64,000 nucleotides of DNA from Blasia pusilla. Its lineage: Eukaryota. Of this stretch, positions 51,902-64,000 are shown in pieces. The position numbers were made by a program, and so were the translations under genes. The DNA lies in NCBI GenBank assembly GCA_050084515.1, contig CM114271.1, positions 34,410,001 to 34,474,000 of the forward strand. Reading direction: 5' to 3'. Within the stretch, counting starts at the first letter, position 1. Each line of letters opens with the position of its first letter. The notes below the pieces were generated by a model, which did no database searches, was not told where the DNA came from, and worked only from the letters and a program-made list of their open reading frames with translations.

Positions 51902-54584
51902 ATGGCGCTGAGCGGAGTAGTCCTAGGTAGAGTCGGTCCGCTAGCGGTTGCCGCGCGCAGGGTCCGAGAAGAGGCTTCTCGGATCAAACGGTGGTGGAGA
52001 CCTGCATGGCATCCGCCTCGCGTCGAATGCACTGGCCGGGAAGAATGCCTGCGACAAGGTTAGGGTCGAGGGATTGACCGTAAGAGCTGTACAACATGCT
52101 GTGGAGCCATTCACTTCCGATAAGCCATCTGAACCTACAATAGGAGTTGCGAAGGGATCTCAGAACTGGAAGGTAGACAGCTGGAAATCAAAGAAGGCCC
52201 TGCAGCTCCCTGAATATCCCGACGCAGTAGATCTGGAGGCCGTGTGCACCGCATTGGCAGACTATCCTCCTTTGGTGTTCGCAGGAGAAGCCCGGAACTT
52301 AGAGGAAAAATTAGGAGAAGCTGCGTTAGGGAAGGCATTCTTGCTGCAAGGAGGCGATTGCGCCGAAAGTTTCAAGGAGTTCAATGCCAATAACATTCGA
52401 GATACTTTCCGTGTGATTCTTCAGATGGGCGTCGTACTCATGTTTGGAGGCCAAATGCCGGTTGTCAAGGTATGTCTCCAGAACAGCTCGCGGAGGCGAT
52501 AATCATTTTTAGGTGTTAGTCGTGGAGCAGTACTATTTGGAAGTGGCCGTCTTACATCGTGTCTGTGTGGAGAAGCGCTAATTTTGAGGTTAGGCTTTCG
52601 CTTCTCTGAATTCTTCGAATTCCAAGTGTAGGGGTGTAGAATCTCCTTTATTTTTTATTTTGTAATGGCTCAAGTCAAGAAGCTTCTGCATAATGGAGTG
52701 CTCGAAGTTTTTCACCACAGTGGATCAATCTTAACCTTAAGATGTCCTCGTTTGCGGTGAACAGTTGGGACGAATGGCAGGTCAGTTCGCCAAACCAAGG
52801 TCCAGCAATGACGAAAGTGTGAACGGAGTTTCTTTGCCCGCATACCGGGGAGATATTATAAACGGAGACGTATTCGACGAGAAATCGCGCATACCAGATC
52901 CCCACCGCATGGTTAAGGCCTACAGTCAAGCTGCCGCCACATTGAATCTTCTTCGGGCTTTTGCCACGGGAGGATATGCTGCAATGCAACGGGTCACGCA
53001 ATGGAATCTTGACTTTATGCACAACGAGCAGGGTGACAGGTGAGGCTCATGACTCTTCGATTCTCTGTCGGTCCCCTCGAATGCCCATCTGTTTTCCGAT
53101 CCATCTTCATTCTTGCGTGTTGATGTCGTTGCGTCGCCGTTGTACAATTCTTCCGCGCGTCTTCCTTTTTGTTTGATTTTCATTTTGCGGTTTTCATTCT
53201 GCATTCTTGATCGATCGTCGTCGTCAATAGCAATTGCTGATGCGGAGGAGGGTGTCTTCAATCTCCCTATCGAGGCTCAGACACGGCCATGCTCACCCGC
53301 TGGGTTGTGTCCTCTCATTCCCACCTCTGGCCCACCCTCACTGTTGCATCATATCTACGGTCGGACTGACTGTGACTGTCATCGCACCAGGTATCGCGAG
53401 TTGGCTAATCGTGTTGATGAGGCCCTTGGTTTCATGTCGGCGTGTGGATTGACTCTCGATCATCCAATAATGAAGTCGACGGAATTTTGGACTTCACACG
53501 AATGTTTGTTGCTTCCATACGAGCAAGCCCTGACTCGTGAGGACTCAACTTCGGGTCGATACTATGATTGTTCCGCTCACTTTCTTTGGATCGGAGAACG
53601 AACGAGGCAATTAGATGGCGCTCATGTGGAGTTTCTCAGAGGAGTATCCAATCCAATTGGTGTGAAGGTACGGGGTCCCTCGAAATGTTATAGCCTGCAT
53701 GGGGTTGATTCATGTCCGGAGCTGTCTGCTTTGTTCTTCATGTGCGTGAGCCCATTCCGCTTTGGTACTACAGTCCTCTGATCGACTTGTGCTTCTCCAT
53801 TCTGTGCACTCGCGGTTTTCCTAGGTTACTGGGAGGGAAGAATATCGTCCTGTGTCTCTTTTGACTCGTGCGAACTCTGGTTGAGCCTTTCTATCTTCTG
53901 CCGAAGTTAATATGGTATCAGGTGAACTGACGTGACCACAATGGAATGGCAGGTGAGTGACAAGATGGACCCGCGAGAATTGGTGAAGATCTGTGAAATT
54001 TTGAACCCGCAAAACAAGCCGGGGCGTCTGACGGTCATTGTGAGAATGGGCGCTGCCAAGCTCCGCGCACATCTACCTTCCTTGATCCGAGCTGTACGCC
54101 AAGCGGGCATCATCGTCACCTGGGTCAGCGATCCTATGCACGGGAACACCATCAAGGCTCCTGGTCACGGATTGAAGACTCGACCTTTCGACGACATCAG
54201 GGTATGTGATCGAGGCGTTCTCCGAGTGTTGCTTTCTCCGAAACCAGTCGTTTTCAGTTTCTGCACTGAATTGTGGAGCGCATCACTGAAAAGGTGTTGA
54301 TTTCTCGGGTGCAGGCAGAGTTGAGGGCTTTCTTCGACGTTCACGAGCAAGAAGGCACACACGCAGGTGGAGTTCATCTGGAGATGACAGGGCAGAATGT
54401 CACCGAGTGTATTGGTGGAGCTAACAATCTGTTGTTTGAGGACCTGAGCTCTCGCTATCACACTCACTGTGACCCTAGGCTCAACGCCTCTCAGTCCCTG
54501 GAGTTGGCCTTCATTATCGCCGAGAGGCTCAGGAAGGGTCGCCTTTCCAAGAGGGATCTTACCTCCACTGTCCAAGCTTTCTAG
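51902..54584 (+). CDS. DHS: Class II 3-deoxy-D-arabino-heptulosonate 7-phosphate (DAHP) synthase, plastid type
   Basis: Exons 51902-52469 (with a frame break near 51927-51960), 52765-53039, 53391-53667, 53953-54201 and 54315-54584, all GT-AG. Motifs: [71 protein letters not shown]. Confidence 0.97.
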
Positions 54585-56399
54585 GCTTTCGGTTCGGTCA
54601 AATCAAAAGTTTGTGAATCTTGTAAGGTGGAGGTAGATGGCTACCTGCACCGAGATTCGAAGGACTTTGAGCTTCTGATTCTCGGTTGAACAGCCTGGAT
54701 TTAATTTTGTAGCAATAGAAGGCTGGGGCCTCACCGTTGTAAATTGTCGGGTTTAGAGCCAGGCCCTCATCTTCGTCGACTGGGCCTTTCATCATGAGGT
54801 AGACATGAGTTCCGCCACTCGTAATGCGAGCAAGTACTCTCCTCTCCAGAGTAGCAGAGTAAGAGCATGCCTTCACTCTTCATATTCTTCCTACTAGATC
54901 CGCCTCCTACAGGCGGTGGATGAAATATTCTTATGGGTCTCACTGATCAAACTCACCTGGTTGTATATCTATGGTTGACGATATCAATTCTTTCTGGTCC
55001 AGCACGCAAGTGGTCTGGTAGAATAGAAAAAAATACTTGGTGCACGTCTACGACATTCTGCTTATTTACCATTTCATAGACTTAGAATGTAAATACAGGA
55101 TCGGATGACTTGCGCTCTTCCACATCCCGGTGGTCATCTTTCTATGTATTCCAGAAATAAATTTGAAACTTGTTTGAGTTGATACGTCCTTCAAGTCGAA
55201 TATAGCTTTGTTCTCTCACCATGCGCCTCCCGGATGATTCTCTCTTGCGCGTTTCGACTTCCAACCTTCTCCGGCAATCGGGTTTGGATCCAAGCCGCAC
55301 GAGAAAAGCCTCCCCCCATCCCTTCTCTATCTGGAAGGGAAGTTAGTCGCAATCGAGTCGATGTGAATATCGTGTCGCCAGATGAGTACAAGACGCCATT
55401 AACTAGAGCTTTGGACGCTGAAGCTCGTCATCCAATGAGCAGTTGTCCGGAATTCACCGTCTGCGAGAGCGACAGCACTCCCGACACAGTCTGCGAAAAA
55501 CAATCCGTAATGCCACAGAAACTGCTCTTAATCCTCGTCGTCATGTGAGATCGTGACCTCATTGACGGTCATGAGTCTCACTAGGAGCTCGCGTGGGCTG
55601 GCGTCTCGCTCGCACAGGGGGGGGCGGAAACAGGTGATTAGGTCGTGATGAACCGATTCCGGGTACGTGGCGGCAAGGAAGGCAGGGCCGCCGTGGCACC
55701 CAACGCTGATGATACGTAGGACCGCCACAGCCGATCAAGCTCCGGAGAGTTCCTCCGTGGGAACTTGTTGTGGCCGGGGGACGGTACAACAGCATTGCGG
55801 ACTTGTCTTCTACACATTCTAGACGGTGCTGGAGGAGAATACCCATTAAATATCGTGAAAGAAAGAATTGAATTATTATTGGAGTCGTTTCGTAATTTGC
55901 AAACACTCCATTTGTCATGCAATACTTTTTCAGCAAGAAAAAAGAGTTCCAATTGTGTATAGCATCATTGTTCCCCTCACTAACAAAACACTCTTTTATT
56001 TCCTATGCATTGGGTGGGCATCTTACTAGTATGAACTAAAAACACGTTATTGGAGTTCAGGTTCACTTGTGTCTTAACAAGTGGACTTGATTTGAGCTTA
56101 TATACAATGTTGCATAAATCCACAAATTACCAATCTAGCATCGTTTGCTTGTCCTCTGTTATCCATTCATGTTTTGTAGTAGTATGATTGTTGCAGTAAT
56201 CTTCAAACATGAACGGCGTAAAATCAGTTCGAAAGGCAAACACGTGTTCAAAAATTTCGTTGGATATATATGGCTCATCTCCTCATCCGAAATAGAATCC
56301 ACATTGAAGTATATATGTTGCTGTACCAATTTAAAACAATTTAGTTAGTGAGAAGTGAAGTTTTATTTATATCCAAAAGTATATAAACAAAGTTCATTC

Positions 56400-59300
56400 T
56401 TAAAGAATATATGCAAACTTAGTATTACCTATCTATGAAATCATGACATGACATTTGCATTTAGGGTCTTTATGGTATTTTTCATAGATCTTCAGAGACT
56501 ACTCCAATGATATCTTGAAAAGTACGGTTCACGGCCTCAAATGCATGACGATGAGTCATATGTGCTTCGTCCCATATAATGAGCATTGCAACACGTATAA
56601 GGCGCGATCCCATCACTATTGTCCGATAAACTACAATTGACACATGAAAGTATATTAAAACTTGTAATACTTGGAGGTATTAACTATGTGTATATTATGT
56701 ATTGACACAATTTTAATTTGATATTAAATGTATAAGGCACTTACTAGCAAGCAGAGCTCTCATGAAGATTGATGGGGATCTTGAAGCGTAAATATGCAGT
56801 ACGTCCTCCATCTAAGAATAGAGTAACTATTCGAGAAGATGCTATGGCCAAAGCTATACCTTTTGCACTCCCTATACTGATAAGGAGAAGATTGAAAAAA
56901 ATATCTTTCTTTTTCACTTGGCCCATCGATGAAAAATATCTTTGGAGATCGTGAAGCATTCAAGCATATTTGATCAAGTTCATCAAGAATAACATCCCAA
57001 ATAACATGTTGTCCTTCATTCAAACATGCTTCTCCGAGTAGTACTTGTTCATACAACTATTATGTATCATATAATAGCTCTTGTTCTATAAATATGAATA
57101 TGAGTAAATGTCGTGGAAATTGGCTTGGGATATGTTTGGAAAATCAGACAATCAATTTCCTTGATCTTGAAAATAATAATGCACTTCCAAAAATGCATTA
57201 TTAATGATCGTATTATCAAAAGAAGATTAGGAATTCTTTTTTTTTGCTATGGAAAAGTCCCAACATATGTAGAAATCTTGATTAGTTTGCTTAATCCTCA
57301 ATAGAAGTAGTAGAAAGAAGGAAGGCATGATGTAAGGAGTGGTAGAAACTAGGGCTTACCTAACTTTGTTCATATAAGAGAACTCCCATTAGAGGAACCA
57401 AGAATCGATTCCATAATATAATAGGTTGAGCATGTGTGTTGTAAGCTTAAATGATGGCAAATAAACGGCGTAGTGAAGAACCCGTACGGATCGTAGAAGC
57501 TTCTTCAAAGCAAAAAACACTTTCCTATCATCCTCAAGATGTTCCAATTGGATAGCAGCCTCCTTAAATGTAGGACATAATATTCCATTAACAATTCTTA
57601 AATTTTCGTACATAGTTGCTCCTCGAACGTGATGAAGGAGTAATCTCAACCAATAATGTTCTCCTTTACCTACAAAGAATTGAAATGAATTAGCACATTG
57701 TTCTAGAGTAGATCTCTATTTTAGAATGTCGTATGTAAAAGTTCAATCGAATAATAAATCGATAAAAAGTAGACAAATGAGTATAGAGTATATGCTTGGA
57801 TGATTAAGGTATAAGCGACCAATAGGATGACCACAATAATTTCTTTTTTGTATCCTACAAATCTATTTTTTATTACTCCAACGATAATACAAAGAGAAAT
57901 AGATATGTAGATATTTTTGGGCAGTAGAGTCAAATAAATTCTTTGCAAACCATTGAGTTAGAGTTATCTCCGTTTTTTTTGCAAACCATTTTTAGGAGCC
58001 TCAATATCATTGAAGAAAACTATTTGTTGCTCTGGAAGGTGAAGTGCTAATACCGTAATACTTGGATGTTTTGCATGTAGACTAATTTTTAAGAGTCGCC
58101 AACACGCCTTTGGAGAAGATATATATATGGAGTAAGAATTCCAAGTGTTGAAGTAAGATGTGTGAACGCTAAAAGTACAACATAATGGAGGAGAGAATCC
58201 AAGTAGAAGAAACGTACCTTGCATCAAGATATGATGTTGTCTCATCAACAACATCAATTGCAGTTGATGTATCCCTACCCTTTGCCAACTTAAAGGACTC
58301 TGGATCAAATCCCCTTGTATACATACTTATATAAGTGCTTGACTGTAGAAACACTACTTGCAATCTCCAAATTAATATGACAATCAAAGAGGGTTGTAGG
58401 GCACCATCCAATGATTATCAAATGAATGTTTGCGTTTAATTATTGCTCTCCTATTCTCCAATCTACAAAAATATTATAAGAATTAATGAAGACATCATCT
58501 CATATGCTCGAGAATAAATGAAGATTCGCCAAGACAAAAGATCCTTACCTACGATAAAAGGGATAACCATCTTCCCTCTTTGTAGTATTGGCTACAAAAG
58601 CTTTAGAATAGCCTTTTGTACACTTTTTAGTTTCCTTATCTATCCATGGAGCATTTGGATTTAATGCTCCACATGGCCCATGAACCATACAATTAGCCAT
58701 AGTAGAATAAAGCCTTGGATGGGTAGATTGATTAGGGATTTCTACAGAAATAATATGTTTGTAATCAAAAGTGGTACATCATTTATCTTCTTGACCTAAT
58801 ATAATAAATACATGCACATGTGGGAGACCCCTCTTTTGAAATTCTATCACATGAATGTATCCTACAACTCGACCGAATATTTTCTTGTTGATAAGAAGTT
58901 GTAACAACTCCTTCTTTTCCTTTTCAAAAACCTGCATCAGCAAATATGGTCGGTTTGCATTAGATTGATCATGTTATAAGGTAGAGGTAATCTCCTCCCA
59001 CTTAGGATTACAAATCATGGTCAAAAAGTAATAAGGTTTCCCCAAACGTCTCACAATTACCATTAAATCCTAACACAATTGATGCATATGATGTGAACCC
59101 CCAGTAAAAGAAGAAGGCAATACAATGCGTCTCCCAAATCTTTGACAATCACCATCATGTCGATGCATGGCATCCTTTACACCTTGATATAATTCAACCA
59201 TCAACTTCTTTTGATTCGAGCATACCCATGATAGTCATTGTAGCTCTACACTAGTATAGACATCAACCATATATTCTTGAATAAGTCAACCAAATTGTGG

Positions 59301-60300
59301 CAATCGATTGTCATCTTCGACTCCAACCCGCGTTTGAAGTCAATTACATGCAAATTGCAAGATAGTAATACTCTTTGTTCTCCTCTCCTCAATAATATCA
59401 TCATCAACTCTATCGTCATCCCTACAATCATCTGAAGCCTCAATATCTTCCTCCGCCCTATAATTAATACCTCTAGGTTGTTGTGGTGTTGTATGGCCTT
59501 GGAATCTCGAAGGATATTTTGAGATGCCAACCTGCTTCACCATAGATAAATAATTGAACAAAGTATAATGGAATCTATGCTTCATTGAGGTCGGATATAG
59601 CCTCACTACTCCTCCATGTAGTCGTACTATTATATCATGATGTTTGACGTGCTCACTTCCATTACTTGGTAAAATAGCATCAACCTTAGAAGCACATGGT
59701 AAGTTATACTCCTCGCATCGAGACCTCTCTTACTTGCAATTAGGATGATCCGCAAATTAATGTTGCTTGCTTCATATGCCATATGCCGAAAGATCTTCAC
59801 ATAAGGATTGCATTCATGTAATATCTCTTGTAGCCCTCTCAATATGTCTATATTAAGATGAGAAGATCTAAACATAAATCTTCCATGATTCTCCAATTCA
59901 TTTGTAGTATCATGAATGTAGAGTTGAGTAAATTAGGGATGGGCCCCTACATTAGAACATAAGGGTCCAATAGAATGATAGATCCCATCTTGGATCCTAA
60001 AGTGTCTAACTTATTGATTTATATGCACTCCAATGGATGCTAGTTGAAGTGCATAGTTGTAAGCTCGAGTATGAGTAAGAAAATGAAGACTTCTAAGACC
60101 AACACCTTATATAAACGATTTCAGGATTGGAGAAGAAGACTTCAAGAGGGGAAAATTTATTCTCCCATGATCACAATACACACTAATGATGAGTCGCGAA
60201 ACCTTGTACTTCTTACCATTTCATACTTCCAATGCAAATCACGATATGAGGAACATATTTCTATCATAGTACCCAATGTCTGTTGACCATTTGTATGATT
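56400..60300 (-). mobile_element. Degenerate Helitron RepHel (HUH Rep + PIF1 helicase) pseudogene
   Basis: Motifs FTQLYIHD, IVLPSSFTGG, GKPYYFLTMICNPKW, HVIEFQKRGLPHVH (58801-58859), MVHGPCG, YLYKYVYKG, LRLLLHHVRGAT, FFIDGP, GGRTAYLRFKIP and IWDEAHM, with many stops and frameshifts. A candidate 3' CTAG lies at 56026. Confidence 0.95.
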
Positions 60301-62164
60301 CAAACTCCTTTGAAATCCCAAATTCCTAATATCAGTTTCTTGGAAGTTTGGTCTCCTAGCAACATTGAGTAATGTATTGACTCTCTCAACCCTATCAATA
60401 GTAGGGAAAAGAAAATTTGAGAAGCATTTGGTACAATGGCAGTTTGTGTTGGTAACACATCTCCATTAATTGTAGAGACCATACGATCCATTCTTGACAG
60501 TATATCATCCTCAAGATTGGTGGCATTAAACAAATGTCAACAACTTCAAGTACGGATGGGAATAGTTCGTTCAGGACAAGAAAAATGGTCGGTAACTCAA
60601 CTCTTGGTATTACTGAAGTAGTTGGCTCAGTCGTAGATGTGTTCTCAATAACTTCATGGAATGCATTGTTGGGTAACTCAATTCTCGGAGAGATATAAGT
60701 GGCAACTTGTACCACACAAATTAGAACATCATTATGAATCAATTCATCATCCGGGTCTTCAAGATGAACTTCTTCATTTGCACCTACCATAATTCCATCC
60801 TCACCAGAAGGCATGGGAAAACGGAGTAATTTTAATAAGGAACTTTATCAAGTATAGAGTAAAGAATAGACATAATACAACATGAACACATAATAGTTGT
60901 GAAAGAAAACATAGAAAAAAAAGAGCATGTGAAAGGCATCATAATTACGACCTTATGAATGGACTTCCAACAATGATAATCTCCATATTTGTAATAGTTG
61001 GAATAGTCTAAACTACCAAAGTAGATTTAGTTTGAAGTTGAAGCTTTGCTTTTTTTTTTACTCACGACGGTAGGCTTTTTTTTTTCCTTTTTCTTTGAGA
61101 GCTTTCATTTTATCAACGCGAATGGCTATGTTTATTTTTGGGCTTCACCACGTAGAAATTTCCAGATATTACGTACATGTATAGGATTTGATGGAATCAT
61201 CAGTCTGAAATAAGATGAGAATTTGGAAAGAGAGATAAATTAAATTACTAAACAATAATATGACGTGTGGAGGATTCAACATGTTCAATGATCATGAATG
61301 GAGTGGACATACATTGGAGATGTTTGAGTCATGAGTCCCACTTCTATGTTTCTTTGTTGTGCTAAAATTTCCTTATGATGGACACGCATTTTTTTGTGTG
61401 GCGTTACACGCATCAATTTTTGGAAGTCACGCAATAGAAAAGGAAGGCTGCGAACAAATTGTAGCAGAAGTCAACATTAAAACATGTGAACAAAATAGTC
61501 ATAAAAGTTTTTGTTATGTACTTGAATACTACTTTCTCATCAAAGAAATGAAAGTTCAAAGATATGGGAGAAACAAATTGGGCTTAAATTGGAGACATGT
61601 GATTCAATATACCATTTTTTCCTTTTAAAGTACATGTTGGAACAGTTGTATTTGTGATAACAATTAGCGGCTCTCTCTCTAAGTGCACAAATCTAGAACT
61701 TGTTCTCACCATCTACAAAACATGAAAAATTAAGATAAGTGGAAAAAGAGGTGTGAAAAAACCAAAAAAAATTGGTAAAATTGAATGGAGTGTAGAATAA
61801 AAAGAACAAAAACCTAGTGAAAAAGGATAAAAATTCAAAACAAATGAAACATTTTTTTTAAAAAAAAGTGTAAAGAGGAGTAAGAAAAGAAGGAAGCAGA
61901 TTCCTAAGCTATTAGTAAAAAAGAGTAAAAGAAAGGAAGTTAAAAAAATAAGTTAGAGAAAAAAAACTTCAAAAAATTCTCTTAGAGAAAAAATAAATTT
62001 AAAACTTGAAAATTTCCTAAATTTAGTATAGATTTGAGAAGAAAGAGTACAATTGAAAAAAAAAAGAAGTAAGAATTTGAAAGGAGGAGGAAAAAATGAG
62101 AGAGAAAAAAAATCATTTTTTCGATTTTTATTTAAATTTTAAGTTTTAAATTAAGAATTTATGA

Positions 62165-62806
62165 GGTTAGGGTCACTCAACCCTAACCCTAACTTTTCGG
62201 GTAGGCCCGAGCCTACCGTAAACCCTAACGGCAGACCTAACGGTGGAGATCAATCTACGTTGTTGGATTTGCCCGACGGCTATCCAACAACAAAGACGCG
62301 CGTGGCGTCTCTACCGCCCCCCTACCTAGACATCCCCGCTGTTCGCGAGGCAGGTAGCCAAGGCATCGAAGGGCAAAGACACGCTTAGCATCTTCACCGC
62401 CCCCCTCCCACAACGCCCCCACCATCCCCCCCTTACTTACCCCCTTTCTTCCTCCCATTCTCTCCTTAGTCGTCTCCTGTGGAGTCTCCCAGATCCCATC
62501 TTGTCTCCTCTTTGGCTGCTCCCTCTCCTCTTTGCTCTACACTTCGCCGCTCATGAGTACTCCTAGCCCTTCGCCCCACTCACTTGGGAGCTCGTGAGCC
62601 CTTACGTGCTCATAAGTCATCTCTAGTGCACTATCTCTCCAACTATCCCCTATGCTTTGCTCGTGTATGCCACTCTACCGCACCTAGGCTGTTCATCCGT
62701 CCTCTATGGAACCCACTTATGTGTTTTTGACCTATGCAGGTGCTCGCCAACAAAGGTTGCGACTCCTTTTCTGCTCTATTTTCTTCCCTCCCCAAATTTT
62801 CTCGCG

Positions 62807-62844
<38 letters not shown>

Positions 62845-64000
62845 TGCACTTACCCTAGACTTCCGAACTCTTGCTCTACTTTGTCGTCTTCATGAGTGTT
62901 GCATGCCCTTATGAGCGGAGAGGCGAGTCCCTCTATGCTCCACATTCTCTCTTCTCCACCTCCGCTCGCATCCTCTAATGGACTTCCGCGCTCGTTGCAA
63001 TTTTGAAATTTGAATCTCGCGGTTGGCGATGGATTAGACGGAGCTAGGGAGGTGTCTTGAGAGGCAGATTAGAGTTAGGATTTTCGGGAAATTTTCTACT
63101 CCTTTTGCCGTGGCTTCCCACGCTTGGATGGGCCTTGGTATAGCACTTACGCGCTCGGGGTTTGATAGGTTCCTACTTTGCGCTTTCAATTTGTAGATGT
63201 GGCCGCAAGTTGTACAATATAGATTGTCTTGAATTTGGTGACATTCAAGGTAAGCGGGGATGGGCTGTTATTTGGAGTCCGCATAGAGAGTGAATTCCCA
63301 TCCGAGGTCTGCAAAGAGATCACAATACTCGAGTTGAGTACTTATAGACACAAATTTTAAACAAATGCTCCGTAGTCCATGACACGATTTTCACAATAAC
63401 ATTTCATTATGCATGTCAGTCTTACATTGTGTAGACCAGAGAAGCTTTCGCTCTTATAGTTAAGAGTTGGAGGTCACAAAACTATTTGCACATTGACGAC
63501 CACGCCTTCATGCCTGCGCGTTTTTTGAATCACCTTAGCTGCATGTGGGTTTGGCTTGGCCGCCAAACCCCTGGAGTCTGGGGATTGAACTTTGGATGGC
63601 TATATAGGTGTTTGCAGTCGTTTCTTTGCATATGAGGCTTTACCCTTATTCTCTTTTTTTTTGGGTCTCTTGCGTTGGTACTGTGGGGACCCTTGGGGTT
63701 TTATTATGACATCCTTGGTTTTGCCGTAGCCCTCGAGAGGCTCAAGAAATAACCTTTGTTTGATCTCGGAGCTTCTCCTCTAGTAGGAAGAGAATCCCTC
63801 CGCACGTCGCGGAAGTCTACAACATCTAAGGGATTGTATTAAGTGCCCCAAGGAGGGCAAACATCCATATGAGACTTTCTCCAAGCACTTAAGCATATGC
63901 AATCCTCTTGAGACATTGGAGACAAAGGGGAGCTCTCTAAACGCTCTGCATATGGCGCCTTTACAACATAATGCTTCTCCAACGACACAACTCTAGAGAT
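62165..64000. mobile_element. Probable terminal region of an unidentified transposable element
   Basis: There is an abrupt switch from A-rich to GC/CT-rich sequence with accctaa motifs, but no recognisable protein. Confidence 0.3.
62809..62842. repeat. (CT)n microsatellite
   Basis: Dinucleotide run. Confidence 0.97.

Noticed and set aside
54893..54920. CCGCCT/AGGCGG hairpin next to CTAG as a Helitron end
   Set aside because: The hairpin is only about 2 nt from CTAG, no matching 5' end was found, and it lies in the likely DAHP synthase 3' UTR.
62165..62230. CCCTAACCCTAA motifs as interstitial telomere
   Set aside because: Only two or three scattered units are present, consistent with telo-box-like motifs in a repeat terminus.

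Overview
This is eukaryotic nuclear DNA from a land plant, probably a liverwort (inferred from the intron positions in an embedded mitochondrial insertion). Three intron-containing genes can be reconstructed, all on the + strand. (1) An alpha/beta-hydrolase methylesterase (MES/SABP2 family) with an unusual signal-peptide exon, 2522-4614. (2) A trigger-factor ribosome-binding-domain protein with a 14-nt microexon, about 27674-33026. (3) A class II DAHP synthase, 51902-54584, whose transit-peptide region has a frame discontinuity. The rest is mostly repeats and transposon debris: a scrambled mitochondrial insertion (NUMT) of about 5.8 kb (cox1, cox3, nad2, atp4, tRNA, intron and homing-endonuclease pieces), a ~180-bp tandem array, several mini-Helitrons, a decayed RepHel Helitron, a 5'-truncated restriction-like-endonuclease (CRE-type) non-LTR retrotransposon, and a hAT element nested in another hAT element with recognisable 8-bp target-site duplications. 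I did not find a clearly new multi-gene system. The best leads are the putatively secreted methylesterase, the DAHP synthase 5' frame anomaly, the CRE-like element and the mosaic NUMT. All calls come from reading and translating by eye; no searches were run.
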